From contig OZ241875.1 of assembly GCA_965203325.1 (NCBI GenBank), positions 448,001 to 512,000 of the forward strand: a stretch of 64,000 bases of DNA, written 5' to 3'. This document shows positions 39,239 to 51,064 of the stretch, piece by piece (within the stretch, counting starts at the first letter, position 1; the number at the start of each line of letters is the position of its first letter). This DNA comes from a bacterium. Its GTDB lineage: Bacteria > UBA8248. The notes under the pieces are model-generated. The model made no database searches. It was given only the letters and a program-made list of their open reading frames with translations, and had not been told where the DNA came from. The translations under genes were made by a program, and so were the position numbers.

Positions 39239-40168
39239 CTACCGCTTCCCTGTTTTTTCGACCTCATTGGAGCCATGCGCGCCATCCACGGAAAACAGCG
39301 ATTGATTCCTGGATGGCGGCATATATCTTTCCCTGAGATGCCTGAGGCCCGGGCCAAACGATTTCTCAAGCATTTCGCTATGCTTCCCGTAAATTTCAGC
39401 CAAATAGAACTCATGAAGGAAATATCCCTCGAGGACATAAACCATGGACTGATTGCGAGAATAGGAACCTCCCCATTCCTCTCCCGAAACAGCCACCAGC
39501 ATATCGGTGGAATCCACCGACATCGAAATTTTCGTATTGGACAAAGAGGTGACCTTGACCCCGGTGCTCTCGTGGGGAATTACGATCAACTCAGGATACC
39601 GTTCGATTTTTTCGGCGGCGTCGTTATAGAGAATCAGTATGATCTCTACTCCGCGGCCAGCCGCAGCCTTGAGATCTTCCAGATAAGAATCGACCGCTCC
39701 CTCGAACGCTTTTATCCAGACGTGGCGTTTCGCGCCTGCGATCAATTCTGAAATTTTATTCTGAATTTTCTTTTTTCCGGCCAGTGTCCAGATATACATC
39801 TGCTCATTCGAGTCGGATTTCTTCTTCAAGGCCGTGGAAAGTTCCTGGCAGATTTTCCGCGTATTATCGACGACTCCCGAGAGGTACTCTTCCGGATCGT
39901 GGGGAATATATCTCACGGGGTCTTCGCTGATGGGCTGAACGGCCCCTTTCGACTCCAGAGATTTCAAAACGTCATAGGCATTGCTTCGGGGAAGCCGGGC
40001 GGCCTTGCCTATCTCGTAGCCGGTCGCCGGATGGCACTCACAGATGGCCAGATAAACGCGGGATTCATGATCGGTAAAACCGAGTTGCCTGAGGCTGCCC
40101 AGAATCTCCTGCGAGGTTGGCGGGGTCTCAGCGACAACGTTTACCACCTTCCCATTCGACCGGACCAT
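39239..40168 (-). CDS. TrmB-family transcriptional regulator
   Basis: LGFTDHESRVYL, ATGYEIGK..PRSNAYDVLKSLE HTH, and a C-terminal effector domain. Confidence 0.88.
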   Translation of the reverse strand: MVRSNGKVVNVVAETPPTSQEILGSLRQLGFTDHESRVYLAICECHPATGYEIGKAARLPRSNAYDVLKSLESKGAVQPISEDPVRYIPHDPEEYLSGVVDNTRKICQELSTALKKKSDSNEQMYIWTLAGKKKIQNKISELIAGAKRHVWIKAFEGAVDSYLEDLKAAAGRGVEIILILYNDAAEKIERYPELIVIPHESTGVKVTSLSNTKISMSVDSTDMLVAVSGEEWGGSYSRNQSMVYVLEGYFLHEFYLAEIYGKHSEMLEKSFGPGLRHLRERYMPPSRNQSLFSVDGAHGSNEVEKTGKR

Positions 40169-40761
40169 TCGGATTCTCCACTATCAATATGTTTCTTCCG
40201 CATCGCAATTCGTCTGAAACAGCAATCGCAAACTCAAACGCTTTCGATATTTCCCTGATATGGTCGAGCTGAAATTCCAGCATCCAAAATTCCGCATCCA
40301 GCGGATGCCTGGCCTCATCTCTCGAATTACACGCCAACGACTCACGGCCCGGCGGCTTTTCGTCTGGAATACATATAATCTAGTATATATTCGTAGTATT
40401 TACAACTACTATATGAACCGAATTGTTTCCTCTTTCGCCCGTTCAGAGGCGGAGAAGTGCTTTTGGCGGGCGGGCGCAGTCCGGTCAAGTTTCAGGGCGC
40501 GGAGGCGGCGCGGAACGAAGGATCCGGGTGGTCGCTCCGGCGAGGCGCAGAACCTGAAAAATGCAAAAAATAATATGTGAAAAATTCGAGAAATATCGAT
40601 AAATTAACGGGGTATTTCGATAAATTCACGAGGGTTTTCAATCTATTTTTGATTCATGCGGAGGCGCAATTAGCCCCCGCCCGAAACAACCGTGAGGATA
40701 CACGTCCATGGAGGGGTTTGCGCAGCGGCAAATGCGCGCATCTGCGGGCAAATGCGCGGGT

Positions 40762-40777
40762 CGTTTCACGTGAAACG
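40762..40777. promoter_or_regulatory. parS-like palindrome
   Basis: CGTTTCACGTGAAACG is a perfect 16-bp palindrome with the 14-bp core identical to the chromosomal parS consensus TGTTTCACGTGAAACA. Confidence 0.65.
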
Positions 40778-40779
40778 GT

Positions 40780-42777
40780 TCAGAGGAGGTCTTTCACGCG
40801 CGCGGCGACGTTCTCCGCCGTGAGGCCGAAATGCGAATATATTTCCTTGTACGGCGCGCTCGCCCCGAATCGGTCGATGCCAATCACGGCGCCATCATCC
40901 CCCACCCACTCACGCCAGCCCATGGTGGCGCCCGCCTCGATCGCCACCCTCGCCTTCACCTCCGGCGGAAGAACGGAATCCCGATAGGCGGGGGATTGCC
41001 CTCGGAAAAGCTCCCAACTCGGCATACTCACGACCCGGGCATCGATTCCACCTGCTGCCAATTCGCTTTGCGCTTCCATCGCGAGATGAACCTCCGAGCC
41101 TGTGGCGATCAATACAGCTTGGGGGGAATTCCCACTCTCCGCCGAGATGGCATAGGCCCCTCGCGACAGGGCATCCGCTTCGTTCTCCCCCGAACGCTTC
41201 AAGATGGGCAGGCCCTGGCGGGTCAACACGAGCATGGTCGGACCCTCGAGGCGCTCGATCGCCACCCGCCAAGCGACAGCGGTTTCGTTCGCGTCGCATG
41301 GGCGAATGATGGTGAGGCCCGGCATGGCGCGAAGCGATGCGAGGTGCTCGATCGGCTGGTGGGTGGGGCCGTCCTCGCCCAAGCCGATGGAATCGTGCGT
41401 CATCACGTAGATGACGGGCAATTCCATCAGTGCCGCGAGGCGTATGGCCGGGCGGGCGTAATCGGTGAATGTGAAGAAAGTGGCCGCATAAGGACGAACA
41501 CCTCCGTGCAGGGCCATACCCGAGCAGGCGGCTCCCATGGCGTGTTCCCTGATGCCCCAGTTGATGTTGCGATTGGAGAAATCCCCCCTGGCGAAATTTC
41601 CCGATGCCTTGATGAGCGAGTTGTTTGAAGCCGCCAAGTCCGCGCTTCCACCGATAAGCCAGGGCATGGCGGGGGCGATTTCATTCAGTACTTCCCCGGA
41701 TGCCGCCCGCGTAGCAAGCGCCCCACCGTCAGCCTGGAACCGGGGAATGCGGCTCTCCCAACCAGCCGGCAGTTCTCCTTGAATCGCCGCCTGAAACTTC
41801 GCAGCCAACTCCGGATTCTCCGCTTCATATTTCGCGAACCGGCGATTCCAGTCCTCTTCAAGCGCGGCGCCGCGGGAAACCGCCTCTCCCATGTGAGTGG
41901 AGACCTCATCCGGCACCAGGAACGTCTCACTCTCAGGCCAGCCATAGCTTCTTTTCGTAGCCTCGACTTCTTCATCCCCCAAGGGAGCGCCATGCGCGCG
42001 TGCGGTATCCTGATATCGAGGCGAGCCATATCCGATGTGCGAGCGAACGACGATCAAGGACGGACGTTCAGCCTCTGCCTTCGCCAGATTGAGCGCACCG
42101 GAAATCCCGGATAAATCCTCCGCGCTGTCACCCAGGTTTTGCACATGCCAGTTGTACCCCTCAAAGCGCTTCCCTACATCATCGGAATAACTGAGCGACG
42201 TCTCGCCATCGATGGTAATGCGGTTATCGTCATAGACACAAATCAATTTGCCGAGACCCAGATGTCCAGCGAGGGATGCCGCTTCATGGGAGGCGCCTTC
42301 CATGATATCGCCGTCGCTCATGAACACGTACGTACGGTGATCCACTATCGAGTGGCCCGGTCGATTGAAAACGCTCGCCAAATGCGCCTCCGCCATTGCC
42401 ATGCCCAGTGCATTCATGAATCCCTGTCCCAGAGGGCCTGTGGTCGTCTCAACACCCGGCGTAAGCCCGTATTCGGGATGCCCCGGCGTCTTGCTTCCCC
42501 ACTGACGAAAACGGACGATCTCATGGAGCGGAAGGTCATAACCACTCAGATGGAGAACCGCGTAAAGAAGCATGGAGGCATGACCGCAAGAGAGCACGAA
42601 GCGGTCCCGGTCAAACCAGTCGGGATTTCGGGGATTATAGCGCAGGTGGTTCATCCACAATTCATACGCCAGCGGCGCCAGAGCCATTGGCGTTCCCGGA
42701 TGGCCGCTGTTCGCCTCTTGCACCGCATCCATCGAAAGTGTGCGTATGGTGTGAATCGATTGTTCGGAGATGCTCAT
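40780..42777 (-). CDS. tkt: Transketolase
   Basis: Motifs [28 protein letters not shown] and GEDGPTHQP. Confidence 0.97.
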   Translation of the reverse strand: MSISEQSIHTIRTLSMDAVQEANSGHPGTPMALAPLAYELWMNHLRYNPRNPDWFDRDRFVLSCGHASMLLYAVLHLSGYDLPLHEIVRFRQWGSKTPGHPEYGLTPGVETTTGPLGQGFMNALGMAMAEAHLASVFNRPGHSIVDHRTYVFMSDGDIMEGASHEAASLAGHLGLGKLICVYDDNRITIDGETSLSYSDDVGKRFEGYNWHVQNLGDSAEDLSGISGALNLAKAEAERPSLIVVRSHIGYGSPRYQDTARAHGAPLGDEEVEATKRSYGWPESETFLVPDEVSTHMGEAVSRGAALEEDWNRRFAKYEAENPELAAKFQAAIQGELPAGWESRIPRFQADGGALATRAASGEVLNEIAPAMPWLIGGSADLAASNNSLIKASGNFARGDFSNRNINWGIREHAMGAACSGMALHGGVRPYAATFFTFTDYARPAIRLAALMELPVIYVMTHDSIGLGEDGPTHQPIEHLASLRAMPGLTIIRPCDANETAVAWRVAIERLEGPTMLVLTRQGLPILKRSGENEADALSRGAYAISAESGNSPQAVLIATGSEVHLAMEAQSELAAGGIDARVVSMPSWELFRGQSPAYRDSVLPPEVKARVAIEAGATMGWREWVGDDGAVIGIDRFGASAPYKEIYSHFGLTAENVAARVKDLL

Positions 42778-42927
42778 GCCGGAAAACCGCTCTTTCTCCG
42801 TCGAGAATTTCGTCATGCCTGATATGCTCGCTTACAGGGGGAAGAAACTAAAAAAGCCGGTTCTATGCCACGCCCCGCCATCGGGGTCCGATATTTCATG
42901 CAATCCATTCAATGTGCGCGGATCAGG

Positions 42928-44097
42928 TCATGCGTTCGCCTTGCGCCGCTGCAACGTTTCGAGCCACCCTTCCAAAGTTTCCACAACTATCTGGTCAGCA
43001 AGAGGGAGAACCGGCGTCGTCCGGTCTTTATCCTCTTCCGCATCATTACGCAACAGGGATGCGGCCGATTCTTCCACTTTTCGCTCAAGCACCGATATTT
43101 TCCCCAATATCCAAGGGGCATCCTCTCCCAAGGCTTGCGCCTTTCGACACATATCCAGCGCTTGTGCATCGTTTTCCTCTTCGACGTAGAGTTCAACCAT
43201 CTTTCGGAGAATTGAGTCGACGGCTTTTTCCCCAATAACACCCTCTTCTCCTGGAGCGATACCAGACTCTCGCCCCTCATTCACGGTTTCAGCTACTTTA
43301 TCCGCAGGGCTCAAAGCATCACCCAAATCTTCAAATTCGGCGGCTGACGTATCGGCGTCCCCTTCAACTGCTTCCATATTTCCGGACGCGACATCATCCC
43401 CCTTCGCCTCACCTTTTACTTCTCCTGCTATCAAATCGAGATTTTCTCCCATTTCGGGGTATCCCGTGGACGCAGCAGCAGCAGCATCCTGCGAAATTTG
43501 CTCTCGGATAGCAGCCAACTTCTCATTCCATTCGACTTTAGCGGGGTCAGACTCCAAAAGACGCTCATAAACGTCCCGCGCCCTATCCAGATGGCCTTGA
43601 GCCATATAGAGTTCAGCAAGAGCCGGCGTGGCCACTGCGTCCAATTCTTCCTCGGGAACAACAGGTGAGGAGCTATCAACATCGGAATCGGTTATCGCGC
43701 TTTGGGGCGATACTTCATCGGCCTCGAACACCTCGGCCGCCCTTAAGGCAACTTGCGCGGCCTCTTCATCACCCTTTTTCCGCCAACACTTGGCCAAAAG
43801 ACGTTGACCCGAGATGTTCCAAGGAGCGATTTCCAGGGCTTTTGCGATAAAACGGGCTGCTTGTTCGTGTTCACCTTTCGAGAGGAGTATTCCTCCAAGC
43901 AGAACACCCGCGGCTGCGTAGTTGGGATAAGTTGCCAATCCACCTCTCAGGAGATTTTCGGCCTGGTCTACTTCACCTTTTTCCCATAAAAGGGATGCCA
44001 AAGGGAAAAAAGCAGCCGAGGCGGGGTATTGTTGCAAACGCCCTTCCAAAGCTTTGATTCGGGCTTCTGGATTACTCAAGCGACGTATCATTGACAC
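42928..44097 (-). CDS. Tetratricopeptide repeat protein with acidic linker
   Basis: N-terminal TPRs, ATPALAELYMAQG, and C-terminal LEGWL. Confidence 0.8.
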   Translation of the reverse strand: MSMIRRLSNPEARIKALEGRLQQYPASAAFFPLASLLWEKGEVDQAENLLRGGLATYPNYAAAGVLLGGILLSKGEHEQAARFIAKALEIAPWNISGQRLLAKCWRKKGDEEAAQVALRAAEVFEADEVSPQSAITDSDVDSSSPVVPEEELDAVATPALAELYMAQGHLDRARDVYERLLESDPAKVEWNEKLAAIREQISQDAAAAASTGYPEMGENLDLIAGEVKGEAKGDDVASGNMEAVEGDADTSAAEFEDLGDALSPADKVAETVNEGRESGIAPGEEGVIGEKAVDSILRKMVELYVEEENDAQALDMCRKAQALGEDAPWILGKISVLERKVEESAASLLRNDAEEDKDRTTPVLPLADQIVVETLEGWLETLQRRKANA

Positions 44098-44240
44098 CTA
44101 ATTCTCGGCAGGGAATAAAGGGCACCTTCATGCGTATGAAGAAATGCTAGCAAAGGGCGCCCTGCCCTGACAAGAGCTTCGTATCTCCTGCAGTCATCCA
44201 AGTTCTCATGCCTGGAAGAGTTATAGATTCGGTTCTACCG

Positions 44241-44669
44241 TTATGAATCGACAACGGCCAAGGCATTCACCTCGATGAGACAACGTGGATCTGTAGCCAG
44301 TTGAACCACCTGAACGGTGGTAGTGGTTGGTTTGTTGTCTCCGAAATACTCCGCCCACACCTTGTTTAGGGAATCTTGACCCTCCATGTTGGTTACAAAT
44401 CGGTTGGCAGAAACGACATCGCCAAAATCAGCGTCCACCGCCTCAAGACTTTTTTTCAAGTTCTCCAACGCCGCTCGAGCCTGCCCTTCCATATCCCGGG
44501 GCATGGCATCAAATTCTTCCGGCTGATGCGGATGATGGTGATAGACGGGTGCTGCGGTTACTCCAGCCAGAAATACAAGGCTACCACCAGTTACTTTGAT
44601 AACCGGCGCATAAGGCATCCACAGATCAGGTGCATCCGGCCAATGGAGATGCTCTAGTTTCTTACCCAT
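44241..44669 (-). CDS. RidA/YjgF family protein
   Basis: Motifs VFLAG, QARAALEN and CLIEVNALA. Confidence 0.85.
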   Translation of the reverse strand: MGKKLEHLHWPDAPDLWMPYAPVIKVTGGSLVFLAGVTAAPVYHHHPHQPEEFDAMPRDMEGQARAALENLKKSLEAVDADFGDVVSANRFVTNMEGQDSLNKVWAEYFGDNKPTTTTVQVVQLATDPRCLIEVNALAVVDS

Positions 44670-44987
44670 TTCATTTCCTTTCATATATGTAACTGCCCAT
44701 ATTCCAGATATTTTCATCCGGCCTTGTAAACACTCTGCACTTTTGAGCAATTCAGATGAACGATTCGCTCGGAGAATCCTCCCGTCAACATTATCGCTTT
44801 CAGTTTCACCTCATATCACCAGACAACAAGTGTGAAGCCCGCACAACCTACTCGGACTTCTTCCTCAAAACCGCCGGTTTCCACGCCATGGTTAGAAACT
44901 ACGACACTTCAGATGTATTTACGCTCATCACATTCTATTCGATAATATTCATTCGTGCCCTTCTCCTGCATCACAAAAGGATATTCC

Positions 44988-45752
44988 ATGTCTATAAAAC
45001 CACTAGCGGATAAACGAGTCATCATCACAGGAGCATCAAGCGGTATCGGAGCCGCTATCGCTCACGAATACGCGAAAGCGGGAGCTCACATATGGAACGC
45101 AGGAGGCAGCGACCTTCAAGGCCTAGAAAGCACCATCGGTGCGTGTAAAAACCTTGGCGTAAACACCGGTGGAAAATGTTATAATTTATCTAAAGCGCAG
45201 CGTACGTCTCAACTGATTCGCGATGGCGTCGACTTTCTTGGTGGACTTGATATTTTAGTTATTTGCGCGGGCACAAGAGCCTTCAAACCCATTGTCGAAA
45301 TTACGGATGATGAAGTCGACCTTTTATTCGAAGTCAATACGAAAGCCGCCTACATCGCATCCCGAGAGGCGGCAAAGGTGATGATTCCTCAAAAAAGCGG
45401 CTCTATCCTGATGATTGGCTCAGCTGCCGGCCACCGTGGCAGAGCCGATACGAGTCTATACTCAGTGACTAAATCAGTGCTTCATCACCTTACGAAATGC
45501 TTGGCTATTGAATTAGGACCTCATGGGATTCGCGTAAACTGTCTGGCGCCGGGCCTGGTTGCAAGCCCGCGCGTAAAGGCAAGGCTCGATGCAAAACCTG
45601 AATATCTACAGTCCAGGCTAGAGGGCATACCACTCCACCAAATCGGAACGGTCGAAAACATGGCGGCCACCGCTCTGTTTATGGTCTCTCCTGGAAATGA
45701 ATTCATGAATGGCTCGATTGTGCTTTCGGATGGGGGCGTCACGGCAGGGTAG
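44988..45752 (+). CDS. SDR family oxidoreductase
   Basis: Motifs TGASSGIG, YSVTK and RVNCLAPG. Confidence 0.9.
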   Translation: MSIKPLADKRVIITGASSGIGAAIAHEYAKAGAHIWNAGGSDLQGLESTIGACKNLGVNTGGKCYNLSKAQRTSQLIRDGVDFLGGLDILVICAGTRAFKPIVEITDDEVDLLFEVNTKAAYIASREAAKVMIPQKSGSILMIGSAAGHRGRADTSLYSVTKSVLHHLTKCLAIELGPHGIRVNCLAPGLVASPRVKARLDAKPEYLQSRLEGIPLHQIGTVENMAATALFMVSPGNEFMNGSIVLSDGGVTAG

Positions 45753-45757
45753 AAAAC

Positions 45758-47113
45758 ATGCGCGATGCGATGATGAGAATTTCAAGAAAGAAATTTTCTC
45801 TTTTGATAGTTCTAGCCTGCTTCTTCACCTTCTATCCGTTTGAAAATATTGCTGCAGGAGAAACGACCCTAGATACCCACCAAACTCTCACCGCATTGGT
45901 TTCAAGCAGAACGAAGTGGTTATTGACAGCACCTGCCGAAAAGGGCTCCTCCAAGCCAAATGCTACTCTGCTGGCCTTTACAATGGATGGAGATTTTCAT
46001 CCGATTACCTTCAAGAAAACAGGCGGGGTATTTCGTGTAAATGTGCAAGACCACCCCACCCCTTCCGACCTGGCTGCTAGTGTCCCACCCACCCAGCTAC
46101 CAGATGGCAGTTTTGTCGGTGCAGGAAAAAGCGGAATGTTCATCAACGTCGACACTATCGAGCGACGTTGGTCATTCGTCTGGCCGAGCATCCGCCCTTC
46201 AATCCTATCGAAACCCGCTGTATTGGACAGAGGTAACGTGGCAATGGTCGGAGTCGATGGCTCCATACTTTTATTCCAAAAAAAAGAAGACAAATGGCTG
46301 CAAACCCAACTGATAAAAGCGAAAACAGCAAGGGTATTGCCAGATGCTGTTTTAACGACAGCCGACCTGGATGGCAATGGTCGAAAAGAACTTATCGTGC
46401 CTGCTGTACCATCCAAACTATACAGGCACGCCGTGCTCGGCGATGATATCGAACCCACGGAAATTCATGCGTATCGATTCAACCAAAATTCTCTCGAACT
46501 GATGGCTACATACACCGCAGGGAAGAACAGTGTTTTCGAAGCCATTGGCACCCTCGTCTCCGACTTGGACAAAGACGGGAAGCATGAAATTCTCGTTACA
46601 AAAAGCGATTTCGATAGTGGGGCAGCCCATCTCGTTTTGGGAATGAGGAACAAAAAACTCATGCTCAAGGCGCGAAGCGGTGCAATCGGGCCCGGAAATC
46701 GCTGGTCGCATCTGTTGGGCGCATTCAACATAGATGGCAGCGCTCCTAAAATTCTAGCCGTAGAAACACCCCACCTGTCAGGCCTTTTGCTAGCGCTGAG
46801 GCTAAGCGGCAATCGACTCCGCGAGCGAGCTCGCATGGCTGGTTTCACTACGCATTCGGTTGGTTCCAGAAACCTTTGGAAATTCGCCTTGCTAAGACGC
46901 CGCGGCGTTGTGGAAGCCGTGATGCAAGAAATCGGCCAGCAGTATTTGAGCGGTCTCGCGCTCTTCGGAAATCGCTGGCACTTCAGGTGGTCGCGTCCTA
47001 TTCCCTCACCCGTTCGATCCAATTTGCTTACCGCAGATTTCAACCAAGATGCGAAAGACGACATCGCTTTCGTCGATCAAGCCGGTCTCGTGCACATCTA
47101 TTTATCCAAATAA
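45758..47113 (+). CDS. Secreted FG-GAP/VCBS-repeat protein
   Basis: Signal peptide; DLDGNG, DLDKDG and DFNQDAKDD calcium-binding-like repeats. Confidence 0.75.
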   Translation: MRDAMMRISRKKFSLLIVLACFFTFYPFENIAAGETTLDTHQTLTALVSSRTKWLLTAPAEKGSSKPNATLLAFTMDGDFHPITFKKTGGVFRVNVQDHPTPSDLAASVPPTQLPDGSFVGAGKSGMFINVDTIERRWSFVWPSIRPSILSKPAVLDRGNVAMVGVDGSILLFQKKEDKWLQTQLIKAKTARVLPDAVLTTADLDGNGRKELIVPAVPSKLYRHAVLGDDIEPTEIHAYRFNQNSLELMATYTAGKNSVFEAIGTLVSDLDKDGKHEILVTKSDFDSGAAHLVLGMRNKKLMLKARSGAIGPGNRWSHLLGAFNIDGSAPKILAVETPHLSGLLLALRLSGNRLRERARMAGFTTHSVGSRNLWKFALLRRRGVVEAVMQEIGQQYLSGLALFGNRWHFRWSRPIPSPVRSNLLTADFNQDAKDDIAFVDQAGLVHIYLSK

Positions 47114-47172
47114 ATTCTCATCGATTCAATTCAACTTCGTGAAACGAACCGAACCAAGAGATGTCCTCTAAT

Positions 47173-47200
47173 CCCTGTAGACTAATGTCTTATAGCAGGG
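47173..47200. terminator. Possible hairpin between convergent genes
   Basis: CCCTG-TAGAC-TAAT-GTCT...CAGGG imperfect stem with no clear U-tract. Confidence 0.3.
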
Positions 47201-47211
47201 AACTCAGCTCT

Positions 47212-48522
<1,311 letters not shown>

Positions 48523-48695
48523 TTAAAACCACTCCCATCGCCTTGCGCTCCAAAGTCGCCTAGGGTAGCCCATCTTGAGCGAGGGATAAAAGACGGAAAA
48601 GAACTTTTATGCTCTTATAAATTGATCTTTGAAACGTCGAATGATATCGCAATAAACATTCTATTTATTTCCAGAATGAAAAGGAAAGTTATGAG

Positions 48696-49907
48696 ATGCC
48701 TCTGACAGGTGTACGTGTATTAGACCTAAGCCGCTTGCTGCCCGGCGGGCAATGCACATTGATGCTCGCCGATATGGGGGCAGATGTCATCAAAATAGAA
48801 GAACCGCTGCGCGGCGATTATATCCGCCTCGCATCTCCTTTTGATGAGCATGGCGTATCCCCCCTTCACCTCTGCTACAACCGCAACAAACGCTCCCTGG
48901 CTTTGGACCTTAAAAACGTAGATGGCGTATCCACACTCCTCAGATTGGTGAGAGATACAGACGTGCTCGTCGATAGCTTTCGGCCCGGGGTGATGGAGCG
49001 CCTTGGCACTGGCTATCAAATACTCAAAAAAGAGAACCCAGCCCTCGTCCATTGCTCTATCACCGGATATGGACAAGAGGGCCCTCTCGCCAGAACTCCG
49101 GGTCATGACTTGAACTTCCAGGCCCTCGGCGGTGTCGTAGAACTCACTGGCGACGCCGGCGGTCCTCCATATGTGCCCGGGGTGCTCATCGGGGATGTGG
49201 GCGCCGGCATGTGGGCGGCTTTCGCCATACTCGCAGCGTTGCGCCTCGCTGAGCGGACGGGCGCTGGACAATTTATCGACATGTCGATGCTCAATGCCGT
49301 GATGAGTTTCCTATCCATCCATGGGCAAACATATCTCTCGACGGGACTGAGCCCAGGACGCGAAGAGATGCGGCATAATGGCCGGAGACCATGTTATCGT
49401 CTCTATCCTACCAAAGACGGTCGGATGCTCTCCGTCGCCTGCTCGGAACCGAAGTTTTGGGTGAATTTGTGCGAGATGCTCGGGCATGAAGATTTTTATG
49501 ACGATTATGGCGCCAGAGGAACGCGACGCACAGAAGTGATTCAAGCACTCAATAAAACTTTTCAATCGAAGACACTCGAAGAGTGGGCTGCGTTTTTTGA
49601 TGGCGCAGAAGTATGTGTGAGCCCAGCTCTTGATATGCACGAAAGCTTCGGACACACACAGGTTCAATCGAGTGGACTCGTAAGGGAATATCAACATCCT
49701 GTCAAAGGGACTTATCCCGGCACGCGGCCAGCCCCAAAATTCTCGAACCTGCCTATTAGAGACTCTCTCCCGCCACCCCGCCTGGGAGAACATTCAATTA
49801 AAATTCTAAAGGAATATGGGTTTCAAGATGAAGAAATTGAGGGTTTGCTGGCATCCGGCACCTCTCACAATGGCACCGACCCGGTGGGTGAAACCATCAG
49901 CGAATGA
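48696..49907 (+). CDS. CaiB/BaiF (family III) CoA-transferase
   Basis: Motifs PLTGVRVLDLS, NRNKRS, FRPGVMERLG, GHD and LGEH. Confidence 0.92.
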   Translation: MPLTGVRVLDLSRLLPGGQCTLMLADMGADVIKIEEPLRGDYIRLASPFDEHGVSPLHLCYNRNKRSLALDLKNVDGVSTLLRLVRDTDVLVDSFRPGVMERLGTGYQILKKENPALVHCSITGYGQEGPLARTPGHDLNFQALGGVVELTGDAGGPPYVPGVLIGDVGAGMWAAFAILAALRLAERTGAGQFIDMSMLNAVMSFLSIHGQTYLSTGLSPGREEMRHNGRRPCYRLYPTKDGRMLSVACSEPKFWVNLCEMLGHEDFYDDYGARGTRRTEVIQALNKTFQSKTLEEWAAFFDGAEVCVSPALDMHESFGHTQVQSSGLVREYQHPVKGTYPGTRPAPKFSNLPIRDSLPPPRLGEHSIKILKEYGFQDEEIEGLLASGTSHNGTDPVGETISE

Positions 49908-49921
49908 ATCTACTTCAATCT

Positions 49922-50386
49922 TTATCCGGTATGGCTGCGTTCTTCCAATTTTTCCAACTCAGCCTCGAAATCCTTGAGGGTCCCGAATGAGCGATAGACC
50001 GATGCGAAGCGAACGTAGGCCACCTCATCTACTTCCCTCAACTCATCCATCAATTTTTCACCTATTGCTTTTGTCGATATCTCTTTCTCGCCACTATCAA
50101 GGATATAGCGCTCTACCCGGTCGGCAATCGCTTCTTGATCCTCAGCGGATACAGGCCTTTTCTCCAATGCCTTTTTGATGCCTATGCTGATCTTGTCACG
50201 AAGATAATTCACCCTTGTGCCATCTTTTTTGACAATGAGCGGCCAGGAGACTTCTGCCCTCTCGTAAGTCGTAAATCGGTGCGCGCATTTTTCGCACTCT
50301 CGTCTTCTGCGAATCGAATTTCCTTCCTTGGTCGTACGGCTGTCGACCACTTTGCTTTCGGAATGACTACAAATCGGACATTTCAT
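49922..50386 (-). CDS. nrdR: Transcriptional repressor NrdR
   Basis: Motifs MKCPIC, VVDSR, RRRREC and VAYVRFASVY. Confidence 0.97.
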   Translation of the reverse strand: MKCPICSHSESKVVDSRTTKEGNSIRRRRECEKCAHRFTTYERAEVSWPLIVKKDGTRVNYLRDKISIGIKKALEKRPVSAEDQEAIADRVERYILDSGEKEISTKAIGEKLMDELREVDEVAYVRFASVYRSFGTLKDFEAELEKLEERSHTG

Positions 50387-50413
50387 AAGGATCCAGTCCG
50401 GGCAGTAGAATCA

Positions 50414-50872
50414 CTAAGACATCGGCTGAGGCGCATCTTCAATATCGGCAATCTTATCCAGACGACGAGCGTGACGCCCGCCTTCAAACTCCGTTTTCAA
50501 CCAAATGGTTACAATTCTCTTTGCTTCCTCAAGGCTCAGCACCCGGCCACCCAGAGCCAAGACGTTGGCATTGTTGTGCAGGCGGCTCATACGCGCGGCC
50601 CATTCATTGTGACAAGCGACAGCGCGAACACCCGGAAATTTATTCGCCACGATGACCATGCCCGCGGCTGACCCACAACAAAAAATTCCTCGCTCGGAAT
50701 TGCCTTCACTCACCGAACGAGCGGCGGGCCCGGCATAATCGGGATAATCACAAGATTCATCCGAGTTTGTCCCGAAATCATGGTATGGAATCGCTCTATC
50801 ATCAAGCAGTTGCTTCACTGCTTCTTTGAGTTCAAATCCCCCATGATCAGCTGCAAGAGCGATTTGATTCAT
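50414..50872 (-). CDS. rpiB: Ribose-5-phosphate isomerase B
   Basis: Motifs ADHGG, DYPD, HNNANVL and FEGGRH. Confidence 0.95.
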   Translation of the reverse strand: MNQIALAADHGGFELKEAVKQLLDDRAIPYHDFGTNSDESCDYPDYAGPAARSVSEGNSERGIFCCGSAAGMVIVANKFPGVRAVACHNEWAARMSRLHNNANVLALGGRVLSLEEAKRIVTIWLKTEFEGGRHARRLDKIADIEDAPQPMS

Positions 50873-51064
50873 CGGAATTCTCCGGGCGATGCGCGTTGGA
50901 GGGATACAGCCTTTCAAAACTAGGCCGTAGCAAATTATAAGTCAAGAAATCACTCATTCACACAGCCATACCAAATCTGTGTAATCCCACACTTAAATAA
51001 CGACCTTTATCATCAATGCCAATAACTATGCTCGTGCAAAAACATGATTCTTCAACACAAGGAT

